Shown here in pieces: positions 1 to 8,426 of a stretch of DNA of 64,000 bases. The notes beneath the pieces are model-generated. The model was not told the DNA's origin. It did no database searches and worked only from the letters and a program-made list of their open reading frames with translations. Each line of letters begins with the position of its first letter. The stretch's first letter is position 1. Source of the stretch: Thermodesulfobacteriota bacterium (GTDB lineage: Bacteria; Desulfobacterota; Syntrophorhabdia; Syntrophorhabdales; JANXAF01); assembly GCA_025062045.1 (NCBI GenBank), contig JANXAF010000009.1, forward strand, positions 426-64,425, given 5' to 3'. A program made the position numbers and the translations under genes.

Positions 1-2
1 TC

Positions 3-1514
3 GATGCAACCGACTTTAGCGGCGAATCTTCTGATCGCTGGAAAGAAGAGAAAAAGACGTACAAAGCAAAACTTCAAGAGTCGATCGCTTCTTCCTGGCC
101 TAAATTTTTCCGTTACAAACCAGGCTCTCGAACTTTCCGAAAACCGGATGGCAAAAGTGACCTATACGTGTACTTCTACTTTCACGGTCTTTCGCTACTT
201 AATCCGCATGGCAGCTTCTGCTTCATCACATCCAACTCCTGGCTTGATGTCGGCTACGGCGCAGACCTTCAGGAATTCTTACTACGCCACAGCCACGTCA
301 AATTCATCCTTGACAACGAACGCAAACGCTCGTTCTCACAAGCTGATGTCAATACCATCATTGCACTGCTTGCGCCGCCAGACGACCGCTCCCAAGCCGG
401 CCTCGAAAAAACCGCACACTTCGTGATGTTCAAAGTACCCTTCGAGGAAGTCCTCGACGCCAACACGTTCAAAACACTCGAAGCGGCCAAAGCGCGCCAA
501 ACTACAGACAAATGGCGCATCTCTGTCGTATCTCAATGCGAGTTACTCGAAGAGGGCCTTGCCCACGAACAATACGAGAAAGATGATGTCGCCAAACTTA
601 AAACCGTCCACATAAAAATTGTGCGCTACCAAGCCAACAAATGGGGTGGCAAATACCTCCGCGCACCTGAAATGTTCTTCACCATCCTTGAAAAAGGTAA
701 AGGCAAGCTCGTCCGCCTCGGCGACATTGCAGAAGTGCGCTTCGGCATCAAGACTGGCGCAAACGAGTTTTTTTACCTTGAGCCTACCGGTAAACCCGCT
801 CCAAAAGGTTACATCCACGTCCGAAACAGCGCAGGCTGGGAAGGCGAAATCGAAGAGGAGTTTTTGAAGCCAGTGATCAAAAGCCCGCGCGAATGCCGCA
901 CAATTCTCATTAAGCCTGAAGACCTCCGCTACAAAATCTTCATGTGCCATAGGGACAAATCCGAACTTAAACGTACTGCTGCACTCGAGTACATCGGATG
1001 GGGCGAAGCACAAGGTTTCCACAAGCGGCCGACATGCAGAAACCGGGTAAGGTGGTGGGATCTGGAATTAGTGAAAGGAAACTCCGTCTTTGTAAAAGAA
1101 GCTGACGAGACAACTGCTGTCTTTTACAATCTCAACGAATATGCGGCTGACTGCCGACTCTATTTAGCACAACTGAGCAAGTCGCAGCTAGCGTTCTTGA
1201 ATTCTCCGGTTGGAGCGTTGTTTTTCGAAATTCATAGTCGCAGTGTCCTCGGTGAGGGAGCGCGAAGCCTAATGGTAGCCGATTACAAGCAGGTGCCTTG
1301 CATCGCTGCCCAAGCCCAGGAAATGGATGTATACTTCGAGATGGTACTGGGCGAAGCTCCACGGAGATTCCAATCGTCGATTCCAGATTCATGGCGGATG
1401 TTGGACCAGATAGTGTTTGACGTATTAGGGTTGACCCAGGGCGAGCGCGAGGCAGTCTATGAAGCGGTCATCAACCTCGTCCGCGCCCGCCTCGAAAAAG
1501 CAAAAAGCGTGTGA
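3..1514 (+). CDS. DNA N6-adenine methyltransferase / type IIG-like restriction-modification enzyme, C-terminal portion (5' end outside the window)
   Basis: The 168..1514 frame stays open back to nt 3 (DATDFSGESSDRWKEEKK...KSDLYVYFYFHG), so the gene is cut by the window edge. FCFITSNSWLDVGYG and EVRFGIKTGANEFFYL resemble the region after the catalytic motif and the TaqI-like C-terminal specificity domain of Eco57I/PglX-type methylases. Assigned by eye. Confidence 0.6.
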   Translation, partial: DATDFSGESSDRWKEEKKTYKAKLQESIASSWPKFFRYKPGSRTFRKPDGKSDLYVYFYFHGLSLLNPHGSFCFITSNSWLDVGYGADLQEFLLRHSHVKFILDNERKRSFSQADVNTIIALLAPPDDRSQAGLEKTAHFVMFKVPFEEVLDANTFKTLEAAKARQTTDKWRISVVSQCELLEEGLAHEQYEKDDVAKLKTVHIKIVRYQANKWGGKYLRAPEMFFTILEKGKGKLVRLGDIAEVRFGIKTGANEFFYLEPTGKPAPKGYIHVRNSAGWEGEIEEEFLKPVIKSPRECRTILIKPEDLRYKIFMCHRDKSELKRTAALEYIGWGEAQGFHKRPTCRNRVRWWDLELVKGNSVFVKEADETTAVFYNLNEYAADCRLYLAQLSKSQLAFLNSPVGALFFEIHSRSVLGEGARSLMVADYKQVPCIAAQAQEMDVYFEMVLGEAPRRFQSSIPDSWRMLDQIVFDVLGLTQGEREAVYEAVINLVRARLEKAKSV

Positions 1515-1881
1515 AATAGAGGATAAAACACCGAACGATTGTTCGATCGGAAAGACTGAGTTCTGTGAAAAAAAGTTCTTTGTCTCTTCGCAATAAAACG
1601 ATCAGTCGAAGTTTGAGCAAAAAGTTAATAAATGCTTCTAAATAAGACGATAAAGGATGTTACGGCACATGAAGAAAAACCTTGCGTTATAAGCGCAACG
1701 ATTCTTCGGCACAAAAAAGCTGCTACAAAAATATTTTGCGATTATTTGGAGTGTCGACTTTCTAGAGTTTTTAGAGAAAAAGAAACGTCCATCATTAGTC
1801 GGAGAGGCGCCAGTGGATAGGAAAAAAGGGAAAAAATTGAGACAAATTGATAAAAAGCCTTTCCAGTTGATTTATCTCTTC

Positions 1882-1910
1882 TTGTGATGTATAAGAATTT
1901 ACCTTATAAT
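1882..1910 (+). promoter_or_regulatory. Putative sigma70-type promoter (TTGTGA - 17 nt - TATAAT) upstream of tRNA-Arg
   Basis: TTGTGA at 1882-1887, a 17-nt spacer and TATAAT at 1905-1910, all inside an AT-rich non-coding spacer. The predicted transcription start is about 175-180 nt upstream of the tRNA. Confidence 0.4.
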
Positions 1911-2091
1911 GGCTTTTGGCATGACAGGAGCTGAAATACAGTTTAGCACTAGCCAAAATTGGATTGGACTTAACGCGAAGTCATACGGTTGGACCATTTT
2001 GCCGGCTCGTTCGATTAATCAATCACAGAAATTCCAGGCATCTGATAAAAAAATGTCAAAGGTTCCGGATAGGTTACTGAAATCTATAGTT

Positions 2092-2165
2092 GCCCCTGTA
2101 GCTCAGGTGGATAGAGCACAGGATTCCTAATCCTGCTGCCGCGTGTTCGAGTCACGCCAGGGGCA
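2092..2165 (+). tRNA. tRNA-Arg (anticodon CCT)
   Basis: Hand-folded cloverleaf. Acceptor GCCCCTG/CAGGGGC, D stem GCTC/GAGC, anticodon stem CAGGA/TCCTG with loop TTCCTAA (CCT at 2126-2128), T stem GCGTG/CACGC with loop TTCGAGT, discriminator A. CCA is not encoded. Confidence 0.93.
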
Positions 2166-2178
2166 ATAAGATCTTAAA

Positions 2179-3108
2179 ATGGCAAGATATGTCTTTGGTC
2201 CAGTTCCGTCCAGAAGGTTGGGAATTTCCCTTGGTGTAGACGTTGTGCCATGGAAATACTGCAATTTTGACTGCATCTACTGTCAAGTCGGCAAAACCAC
2301 CAATAAAAGGATTGAAAGAACCCCCTTCTTTGATAAAGAAGATATAGTCCGAGAGATAGAAGAGCAACTAAAGAGAAGCTCCAAAATTGACTACATAACA
2401 TTTTCGGGCTCTGGCGAGCCAACTTTAAACGCTGATCTTGGGTGGCTGATCCGAGAAGTAAAAAAGCTAACATCCATACCAGTTGCCGTGATCACTAATG
2501 GCTCTTTTTTGTTTCACGAGGAAGTCCGTGGGGAACTTATGGAAGCAGATGTTGTTTTGCCTTCACTCGATGCCGCAAGTGAAGACATTTTTAGGTACGT
2601 AAACAGACCTCACATGGATATCGAACTTGAAGCAATAATAGAGGGTTTAAGACTCTTTAGCAAAGACTACAAAGGAAAGCTATGGCTTGAAGTCATGATG
2701 ATAAAGTACGTGAACGATGAACCGGATGAGCTGGAAAAGCTAAAGGCAGTGATAGATACGCTTTCTGTAGACAAGATTCAGCTTAACACAGTAGTAAGGC
2801 CGCCCGCGGAACATTTTGTGGAGGGAATCCAAAGGGAGGATTTGGAAAAAATCCGCGAATTTTTTGGTGAAAAATGTGAGATCATATGCAGTTTCGAAAA
2901 GGCGATCTCCTTGGATGAAAAAGATAAATGGGAGGAAAAAATAATTGAGATACTAAAAAGGAGACCTCTTACACTTGAAGATGTATCGAAAATGACAGGG
3001 ATTCCTATAAGGCAGGCAAAAGCCCAGTTAAAAATTTTAGAAAAGAGAGGGTCCATTCGAAGTTACTGTTTAGAAAATATGGTTTACTATTTCTTTCGGG
3101 AGGCATAA
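2179..3108 (+). CDS. Radical SAM protein with a C-terminal winged-helix-like domain, function unknown
   Basis: CNFDCIYC (CxxxCxxC) cluster motif near the N-terminus after GPVPSRRLGISLGV, plus the FSGSGEPTL motif. The C-terminal segment RRPLTLEDVSKMTGIPIRQAKAQLKILEKRGSI looks like a wHTH. The gene starts 14 nt after tRNA-Arg. Confidence 0.8.
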   Translation: MARYVFGPVPSRRLGISLGVDVVPWKYCNFDCIYCQVGKTTNKRIERTPFFDKEDIVREIEEQLKRSSKIDYITFSGSGEPTLNADLGWLIREVKKLTSIPVAVITNGSFLFHEEVRGELMEADVVLPSLDAASEDIFRYVNRPHMDIELEAIIEGLRLFSKDYKGKLWLEVMMIKYVNDEPDELEKLKAVIDTLSVDKIQLNTVVRPPAEHFVEGIQREDLEKIREFFGEKCEIICSFEKAISLDEKDKWEEKIIEILKRRPLTLEDVSKMTGIPIRQAKAQLKILEKRGSIRSYCLENMVYYFFREA

Positions 3109-3741
3109 ATGAAAGATTGGTTTGTTGAGAAGTTGCTCGAGAATACGGTAAAGAAACTGAACGAAAATCTCTTTAAGGCTGCCTATTTTTCTGAGAGAAA
3201 GAGTCTTATAGGTGCTATTTTAGATACCGTTCCCGAAAAAGCTACGATAGGGATTGGAGGATCTGTAACCGTAAGGGAGATCGGTATTGTGGAGATACTA
3301 AAAGAAAGAGGTCATATTGTCTTCGATCATTGGCAGGATACTCTTTCAGCCGAGGCCAAAGCTGAAGCAAGAAGGTCTCAGCTTAATTGCGACGTCTTCA
3401 TAACTGGGACAAACGCCATAACTCAAAATGGTGAGCTTGTGAATATGGATGGGGTAGGGAACAGAGTCGCAAGTATGATATATGCTCCCAAGCATGTGAT
3501 TGTCGTGGCCGGCTACAATAAGATTGTAAAAGACATACCTTCTGCTATTGAAAGGATAAAGTCTGTTGCTGCTCCCATGAATGCCAAAAGACTGAACCTT
3601 CCTCTACCTTGTACTGAGCTTGGATACTGCACCGACTGTAAATCTGAAAGAAGGATCTGTCGGATCCTCACAATAATCCAAAGAAAGCCTGCAGAGACAG
3701 ATATCTCTATCTTTCTTTTGAAGGAGGACATAGGATTTTAA
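3109..3741 (+). CDS. LUD-domain (LutC/YkgG-like, DUF162) protein
   Basis: GTNAITQNGELVNMDGVGNR ... VIVVAGYNKIV is typical of the lactate-utilisation LUD domain, and the C-terminus has a Cys cluster (CTELGYCTDCKSERRIC). The ATG abuts the preceding stop (TAAATG). Confidence 0.65.
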   Translation: MKDWFVEKLLENTVKKLNENLFKAAYFSERKSLIGAILDTVPEKATIGIGGSVTVREIGIVEILKERGHIVFDHWQDTLSAEAKAEARRSQLNCDVFITGTNAITQNGELVNMDGVGNRVASMIYAPKHVIVVAGYNKIVKDIPSAIERIKSVAAPMNAKRLNLPLPCTELGYCTDCKSERRICRILTIIQRKPAETDISIFLLKEDIGF

Positions 3742-3754
3742 AAAGGAGGATGGA

Positions 3755-4345
3755 ATGCCTATAAAAAGAGCCTTAATCAGTGTATCTAACAAAGCGGGAC
3801 TTTCTGAACTTGCGCCCTTTCTCTTAGAGTATAAGATAGAGATTCTATCTACAGGTGGTACTAGAAGATACTTAGAAAGCCTTGGGATAAAAACGACAGA
3901 TATCAGCTCATACACTGGGTTTCCTGAGATAATGGATGGAAGGGTAAAGACGCTCCATCCCAAAGTACATGGAGGCATTTTAAGTGTAAGGGATAACGAA
4001 GGACACAAACAAGCGATGGAAGAGCACGGGATCGAATACATCGATCTTTTAATAGTTAATCTATACCCCTTCCGAGAGGTTGTGGAGTCAAAATGTTCTT
4101 TTGAGGAGGCAATCGAAAACATAGACATCGGCGGACCAACAATGATAAGAGCGGGTGCCAAGAACTTTAAGTATGTAACGGTTGTTACAGATCCTAACGA
4201 CTACCCAGAGCTTATTCGAAACATGAAAGAGAATAATGGTGACACGAGTTTAGACTTCAGATTTTACCTTGCGCAGAAAGTTTTCAAGTTAACTTACGAA
4301 TACGATAAGGCTATTTTCGAATATTTATCCTCGAGAGGTGTCTAA
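3755..4345 (+). CDS. purH: IMP cyclohydrolase domain protein (N-terminal MGS-like half of PurH only)
   Basis: KRALISVSNKAGL, STGGT, FPEIMDGRVKTLHPKVHGGIL, VNLYPF and NIDIGGPTMIRAGAKN align with the first ~200 residues of bifunctional PurH. The ORF stops at 196 aa and purD follows 6 nt later. Confidence 0.88.
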   Translation: MPIKRALISVSNKAGLSELAPFLLEYKIEILSTGGTRRYLESLGIKTTDISSYTGFPEIMDGRVKTLHPKVHGGILSVRDNEGHKQAMEEHGIEYIDLLIVNLYPFREVVESKCSFEEAIENIDIGGPTMIRAGAKNFKYVTVVTDPNDYPELIRNMKENNGDTSLDFRFYLAQKVFKLTYEYDKAIFEYLSSRGV

Positions 4346-4351
4346 GAAGAG

Positions 4352-5632
4352 ATGAGAGTCCTTGTAGTAGGTGGTGGAGGACGGGAACACTCAATCGTAT
4401 GGAAACTTCTTCAGTCGAAAAACGTTTCCAAAATCTTCTGTGCACCTGGTAATGGAGGTATCTCTGATCTTGCCGAGTGTGTCCCAATAGAAGCCGATGA
4501 CGTTTTCCGCATCGTCGAATTTTCAAAAAAGGAGAAGATAGATTTTGTTTGTATAGGACCGGAAAATCCGCTTGCGAATGGAATAGTGGATGAGCTGTCA
4601 AAAAATGGGATTTTGGCATTTGGTCCTAGCGAAAAAGCCGCAAAAATAGAAACGAGCAAGGTCTTTGCAAAAAAGATAATGACGAAATACAAGATACGTA
4701 CCGCCCAGTATGAGGTTTTCGAAAACTTTGAAGAAGCTTTAAATTATGTGAACGGGAAAGAACCTCCCTTTGTGATAAAGGCTGATGGGCTTTGCGGAGG
4801 CAAAGGTTCTTACGTCATAAGAAAGAGGGAAGACGCTTACTCGGTTTTGGAGGATCTATTCGTAAAAAAGGTTCATGGGAAGGCAGGTGAACGTGTCATC
4901 ATCGAAGAGTACCTTCATGGACAAGAAGTCTCTTACCTCGTTTTCTCTGACGGCAAATCGATCCTGCCTCTAATTACTTCCCAAGATCACAAAACACTTT
5001 TTGAAAATGACACAGGTCCCAACACCGGAGGGATGGGTGCCTATGCCCCTGTGCCGTTTGTAAGTGATGAAATGGAAGGCTTAGTCAAAGAATCCATAAT
5101 GTCAAGGGCTATTGAAGCCTTGAGGAAGGAAGGAGTGGAGTACAGGGGTATACTGTACGGGGGAATAATCCTTGTTGGCGGTCTTCCTTACGTTTTGGAA
5201 TTTAATGCACGGTTTGGAGACCCCGAAACCCAAGCCATTCTTGTGCAAATGGATTCGGATCTTTTGCCTATTATGGTTTCGTGTGCTGAAGGAAATATCA
5301 AAGGTGTAACCCCCATTCAATGGAAGAAGGGTTTTGCTGTCTGTGTTGTTATAGCTTCTAGGGGTTATCCTGAAAGGCCAGAGAAGGGTAAGCTTATCGA
5401 GGGTTTGGAAAATCTAAAGGACGAAAGTGACATAGTAGTCTTTCATGCAGGGACTAAAAAGGTTGATGGCAAATACTACACAGCTGGAGGTAGGGTTTTA
5501 AACGTCGTTGCCAGGGGCGAAGATATAAATGAGGCAATCGAGAAGGCTTACAGTGCAATAGAGATGATCCGTTTTGAAGGGATGCATTTCCGTAGAGATA
5601 TAGGAAGAAAAGCACAAATGGCCAAAATGTAA
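4352..5632 (+). CDS. purD: Phosphoribosylamine--glycine ligase
   Basis: MRVLVVGGGGREHSIVWKL N-terminus, ATP-grasp core (FVIKADGLCGGKG, GPNTGGMGAY, LEFNARFGDPE) and typical length of 426 aa. Confidence 0.93.
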   Translation: MRVLVVGGGGREHSIVWKLLQSKNVSKIFCAPGNGGISDLAECVPIEADDVFRIVEFSKKEKIDFVCIGPENPLANGIVDELSKNGILAFGPSEKAAKIETSKVFAKKIMTKYKIRTAQYEVFENFEEALNYVNGKEPPFVIKADGLCGGKGSYVIRKREDAYSVLEDLFVKKVHGKAGERVIIEEYLHGQEVSYLVFSDGKSILPLITSQDHKTLFENDTGPNTGGMGAYAPVPFVSDEMEGLVKESIMSRAIEALRKEGVEYRGILYGGIILVGGLPYVLEFNARFGDPETQAILVQMDSDLLPIMVSCAEGNIKGVTPIQWKKGFAVCVVIASRGYPERPEKGKLIEGLENLKDESDIVVFHAGTKKVDGKYYTAGGRVLNVVARGEDINEAIEKAYSAIEMIRFEGMHFRRDIGRKAQMAKM

Positions 5633-5647
5633 AGAAAGGAGACCATT

Positions 5648-6724
5648 ATGAAAAAAACCTATAACATTGCTGTGATCCCGGGAGATGGCACAGGTCCTGA
5701 AGTAGTGAGGGAAGGTATAAAGGTTTTAGATGCGGTTTCCGCAAGGATGGGGTTCAAACTAAACTACACCTATTATGATGTTGGGGGAGAAAGATACTTA
5801 AGAACAGGTGAGACACTTCCCGATTCTGTGCTTTTAGAGCTGAAAGGACACGATGCAATATATTTGGGCGCTGTCGGGCACCCTGATGTAAAACCTGGCA
5901 TTCTGGAAAAAGGGATTCTTCTTAGGATAAGATTTGAGCTCGATCAATACATAAACTTACGTCCCGTGAAACTCTTTGAAGGGGTCGAAGGGCCTCTAAA
6001 GAACAAAGGACCAGAAGACATAAATTTTGCAGTAATAAGGGAGAACACTGAAGGATTGTACGCCGGTTCGGGGGGTTTTCTAAGAAAAGGAACCCCCGAC
6101 GAGATAGCGATTCAGGAATCTATAAATACCAGGAAGGGCGTCGAAAGATGTATCAGATACGCCTTCGAATATACGAGAAAAAAGGGTAGACAGAAGAAGT
6201 TAACCCTTTGCGGAAAAACGAATGTTTTGACGTATGCTTTTGACCTGTGGGAAAGAGTTTTTTATGAAGTTGCGCGCGAATATCCGGATGTGAAAACGGA
6301 TTATGGGCATGTTGATGCAATCTGCATGTGGATGGTTAAGAATCCTGAATGGTTCGACGTTATAGTGACCGACAACATGTTCGGCGATATTATCACCGAC
6401 CTCGGAGCAATAATACAGGGTGGCCTTGGAATTGCGGCAGGTGCTAATATCAATCCGCATGGAGTCTCCATGTTTGAGCCTATGGGCGGATCTGCGCCGA
6501 AGTATGCGGGCAAAAATATGATAAATCCCCTTGCTGCGATACTTGCAGCATCGATGATGCTCGAGAACTTAGGTGAGGAAAAAGCAGCTTACGCAATTGA
6601 AGAAGCGGTAAAAAAAGCCGTGCGGTGGGATATCAAGTCCCTCGAGGCCGGAAAGATGGGCATGGGAACGAAAGAAGTGGGGGATCTCATCGCAAAATAC
6701 GTCACTGAGGTTGAAATCGCTTAA
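5648..6724 (+). CDS. Isopropylmalate/tartrate (isocitrate-family) dehydrogenase
   Basis: [33 protein letters not shown] and [23 protein letters not shown] are hallmarks of the beta-decarboxylating dehydrogenase family. The substrate (LeuB vs TtuC-like vs homoisocitrate) is not resolvable by eye. Confidence 0.8.
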   Translation: MKKTYNIAVIPGDGTGPEVVREGIKVLDAVSARMGFKLNYTYYDVGGERYLRTGETLPDSVLLELKGHDAIYLGAVGHPDVKPGILEKGILLRIRFELDQYINLRPVKLFEGVEGPLKNKGPEDINFAVIRENTEGLYAGSGGFLRKGTPDEIAIQESINTRKGVERCIRYAFEYTRKKGRQKKLTLCGKTNVLTYAFDLWERVFYEVAREYPDVKTDYGHVDAICMWMVKNPEWFDVIVTDNMFGDIITDLGAIIQGGLGIAAGANINPHGVSMFEPMGGSAPKYAGKNMINPLAAILAASMMLENLGEEKAAYAIEEAVKKAVRWDIKSLEAGKMGMGTKEVGDLIAKYVTEVEIA

Positions 6725-6754
6725 CAAGCAAAAATCGAAAAAGGAAAATATTCA

Positions 6755-6798
6755 TTGACAAACGCTTTTTCTGCCTGTAATTTTGTATACAGTATACA
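6755..6798 (+). promoter_or_regulatory. Putative promoter (TTGACA - 17 nt - TAATTT) followed immediately by a perfect 7-1-7 palindrome, TGTATAC-A-GTATACA, a candidate operator
   Basis: TTGACA at 6755-6760 and TAATTT at 6778-6783. The palindrome at 6784-6798 covers the expected transcription start, 16 nt upstream of the GTG start at 6814. Confidence 0.5.
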
Positions 6799-6813
6799 TT
6801 TTCAGCAGCTGCA

Positions 6814-7251
6814 GTGAAGATAGAAAAAGTAGATCATATCTGTTTTGCAGTAAGAAACATAAATGAGATAAAGTCCAAGTACCTTGAGTATTTTGGATTG
6901 TCTCCAAGCTTTGAATACTCGGCCGAATCGGAAAAGATAAGGGTTGTAAGGTACGACATAGGGGGTGTGGGAATCGAATTCATAGAGCCAACAGATAACG
7001 ATAGCGAGGTTGCCAAATTTTTATCGAGAAAAGGAGAAGGGCCATACCTTATAGCGTACAAAGTCGATGATTTAGAAAATGCTCTCGAGGAGCTTCGGAG
7101 AAAAAATGTGAAGTTGATAGATCAAAGCCCAAGAGAACTCTTTGGGGCAAAGTACGCGTTTATCCAGCACCCACGGGAATTTCATGGTATTTTAACCGAA
7201 CTTGTGGAAGGTGAATTTAAGATTCCTAAGAAGGAGGGGAAGGAGAGATGA
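6814..7251 (+). CDS. mce: Methylmalonyl-CoA epimerase (VOC/glyoxalase superfamily)
   Basis: KVDHICFAV, IEFIEP, AKFLSRKGEGPYLIAYKVDDLENALEEL.., KLIDQSPR and the final ILTELVE follow the typical epimerase pattern. GTG start. Confidence 0.7.
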   Translation: MKIEKVDHICFAVRNINEIKSKYLEYFGLSPSFEYSAESEKIRVVRYDIGGVGIEFIEPTDNDSEVAKFLSRKGEGPYLIAYKVDDLENALEELRRKNVKLIDQSPRELFGAKYAFIQHPREFHGILTELVEGEFKIPKKEGKER

Positions 7252-8402
7252 AAGTTGTGATTGTTGGTGGTGCAGGAAGTGTGGGGCAGGCTGTGGCCAG
7301 AGATTTGATCAAATACGATATCTTTGAAAGGATAGTGGTAGCAGACATACTTATCAGTGAGGAAAGGATCCACGAAAGCTTAAAGTCCGCGAAAAAAGTG
7401 TCTTTTGAAACCATGGATCTATACGATGAAGAAAAAATGGTGAATGTATTGAACGGAGCAAACGTCGTAGTGAATTGTGCAGGTCCGTTTTACAAAACCG
7501 CAATTCCTGTGGTCAAAGCTGCCATAAAGGTTAGAGCAAACTACATCGATATATGTGATGATTACGAGGCTACGGATATGCTTCTTTCGAGTCCAGAAAT
7601 AGACGAATCTGCCAAAAGCTCAAACATTACGATTCTTACAGGTATGGGGTCAGATCCAGGGACTAATAATCTTCTTGTGAAACGCTACGCGCAAAGGTTG
7701 GACGAGGTTACAGACGTTTTACTCTACTGGGTAGTAAGTATCGCTGAAATTTCGGGTGCTGCTTTAGACCACAGTCTTCACATGGTGCTGGGTAAGGTTC
7801 CACAGTTTATTGATGGGAGGTTATGTAAGGTTGAAGGAGGTGATGCCCCGGAAATGGTAGAATTCTTACCTCCCCTAGGAACATGCCTTGTAAGGTACGT
7901 TGGCCATCCCCAGCCCCTTACGATTCCTAGGTACCTCCCTGGTGTAAAAAACGTAGTTATAAAAGGAGGCCTTGTCCCTTCATGGGTAGACGAGTTCATA
8001 CTGAAACAAAAAGAGATGGGTCTTTTGGAAAGAAAAACCGTAAAAATAGGAGAAGTTTTCATCGATACTTATGAATTTACGTTGCATCTGTGGGATAAGA
8101 TTTTGGAATCACGAGAGAAAGGTCCCAAGGCATCCGGTCTTAAGGTTGTCGTTAGAGGAAAGAGAGGGAAATCGATTGTGCAGTATACAGCAAGTATTGC
8201 GGGTAGGATGGCGCCAGGAACCGGTCTACCGGCAGCAATAGCAGCAATTATGATGGCCAAGGGAAAAATAAAGGAGAAGGGGGTGCAGGCACCGGAAGGA
8301 TGTATAGAGCCGAATGAATTTCTGAGTGAATTCATTAGGCGGGGAGCAAAGATCCATGAGTCATGCGAGGAAAAAAAAGTTTTAGATATTGAGGACTTGT
8401 AA
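7248..8402 (+). CDS. Saccharopine dehydrogenase-family NAD(P)-binding oxidoreductase
   Basis: MKVVIVGGAGSVGQAVARDL Rossmann N-terminus, ~380 aa and NCAGPFY..YIDICDD, typical of Sacc_DH family proteins. Overlaps the epimerase stop by 4 nt (ATGA). Confidence 0.65.
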   Translation: MKVVIVGGAGSVGQAVARDLIKYDIFERIVVADILISEERIHESLKSAKKVSFETMDLYDEEKMVNVLNGANVVVNCAGPFYKTAIPVVKAAIKVRANYIDICDDYEATDMLLSSPEIDESAKSSNITILTGMGSDPGTNNLLVKRYAQRLDEVTDVLLYWVVSIAEISGAALDHSLHMVLGKVPQFIDGRLCKVEGGDAPEMVEFLPPLGTCLVRYVGHPQPLTIPRYLPGVKNVVIKGGLVPSWVDEFILKQKEMGLLERKTVKIGEVFIDTYEFTLHLWDKILESREKGPKASGLKVVVRGKRGKSIVQYTASIAGRMAPGTGLPAAIAAIMMAKGKIKEKGVQAPEGCIEPNEFLSEFIRRGAKIHESCEEKKVLDIEDL

Positions 8403-8426
8403 CAAAAAGCTAAGGAGGAAAAAATA

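Noticed and set aside
4-426. 140-aa ORF in an alternative frame at the left edge
   Set aside because: It overlaps the methyltransferase frame, which carries recognisable family motifs and stays open to the window edge. Its own sequence is low-complexity Ser/Thr/Ala with no start context, so it is a shadow ORF typical of GC-rich DNA.
543-1022. Antisense ORFs inside confidently assigned genes, for example 543..1022, 3604..4161, 9035..9523, 11771..12268, 22273..22767 and 43878..44351
   Set aside because: All lie opposite genes with strong family motifs, have biased low-complexity composition and lack start signals. They are ordinary antisense shadow frames.
1632-2130. Two small ORFs (1632..1820, 62 aa; 1909..2130, 73 aa) in the spacer upstream of tRNA-Arg
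   Set aside because: Neither has a ribosome-binding site or recognisable sequence. The second runs into the tRNA-Arg gene itself, so I treat the region as non-coding.
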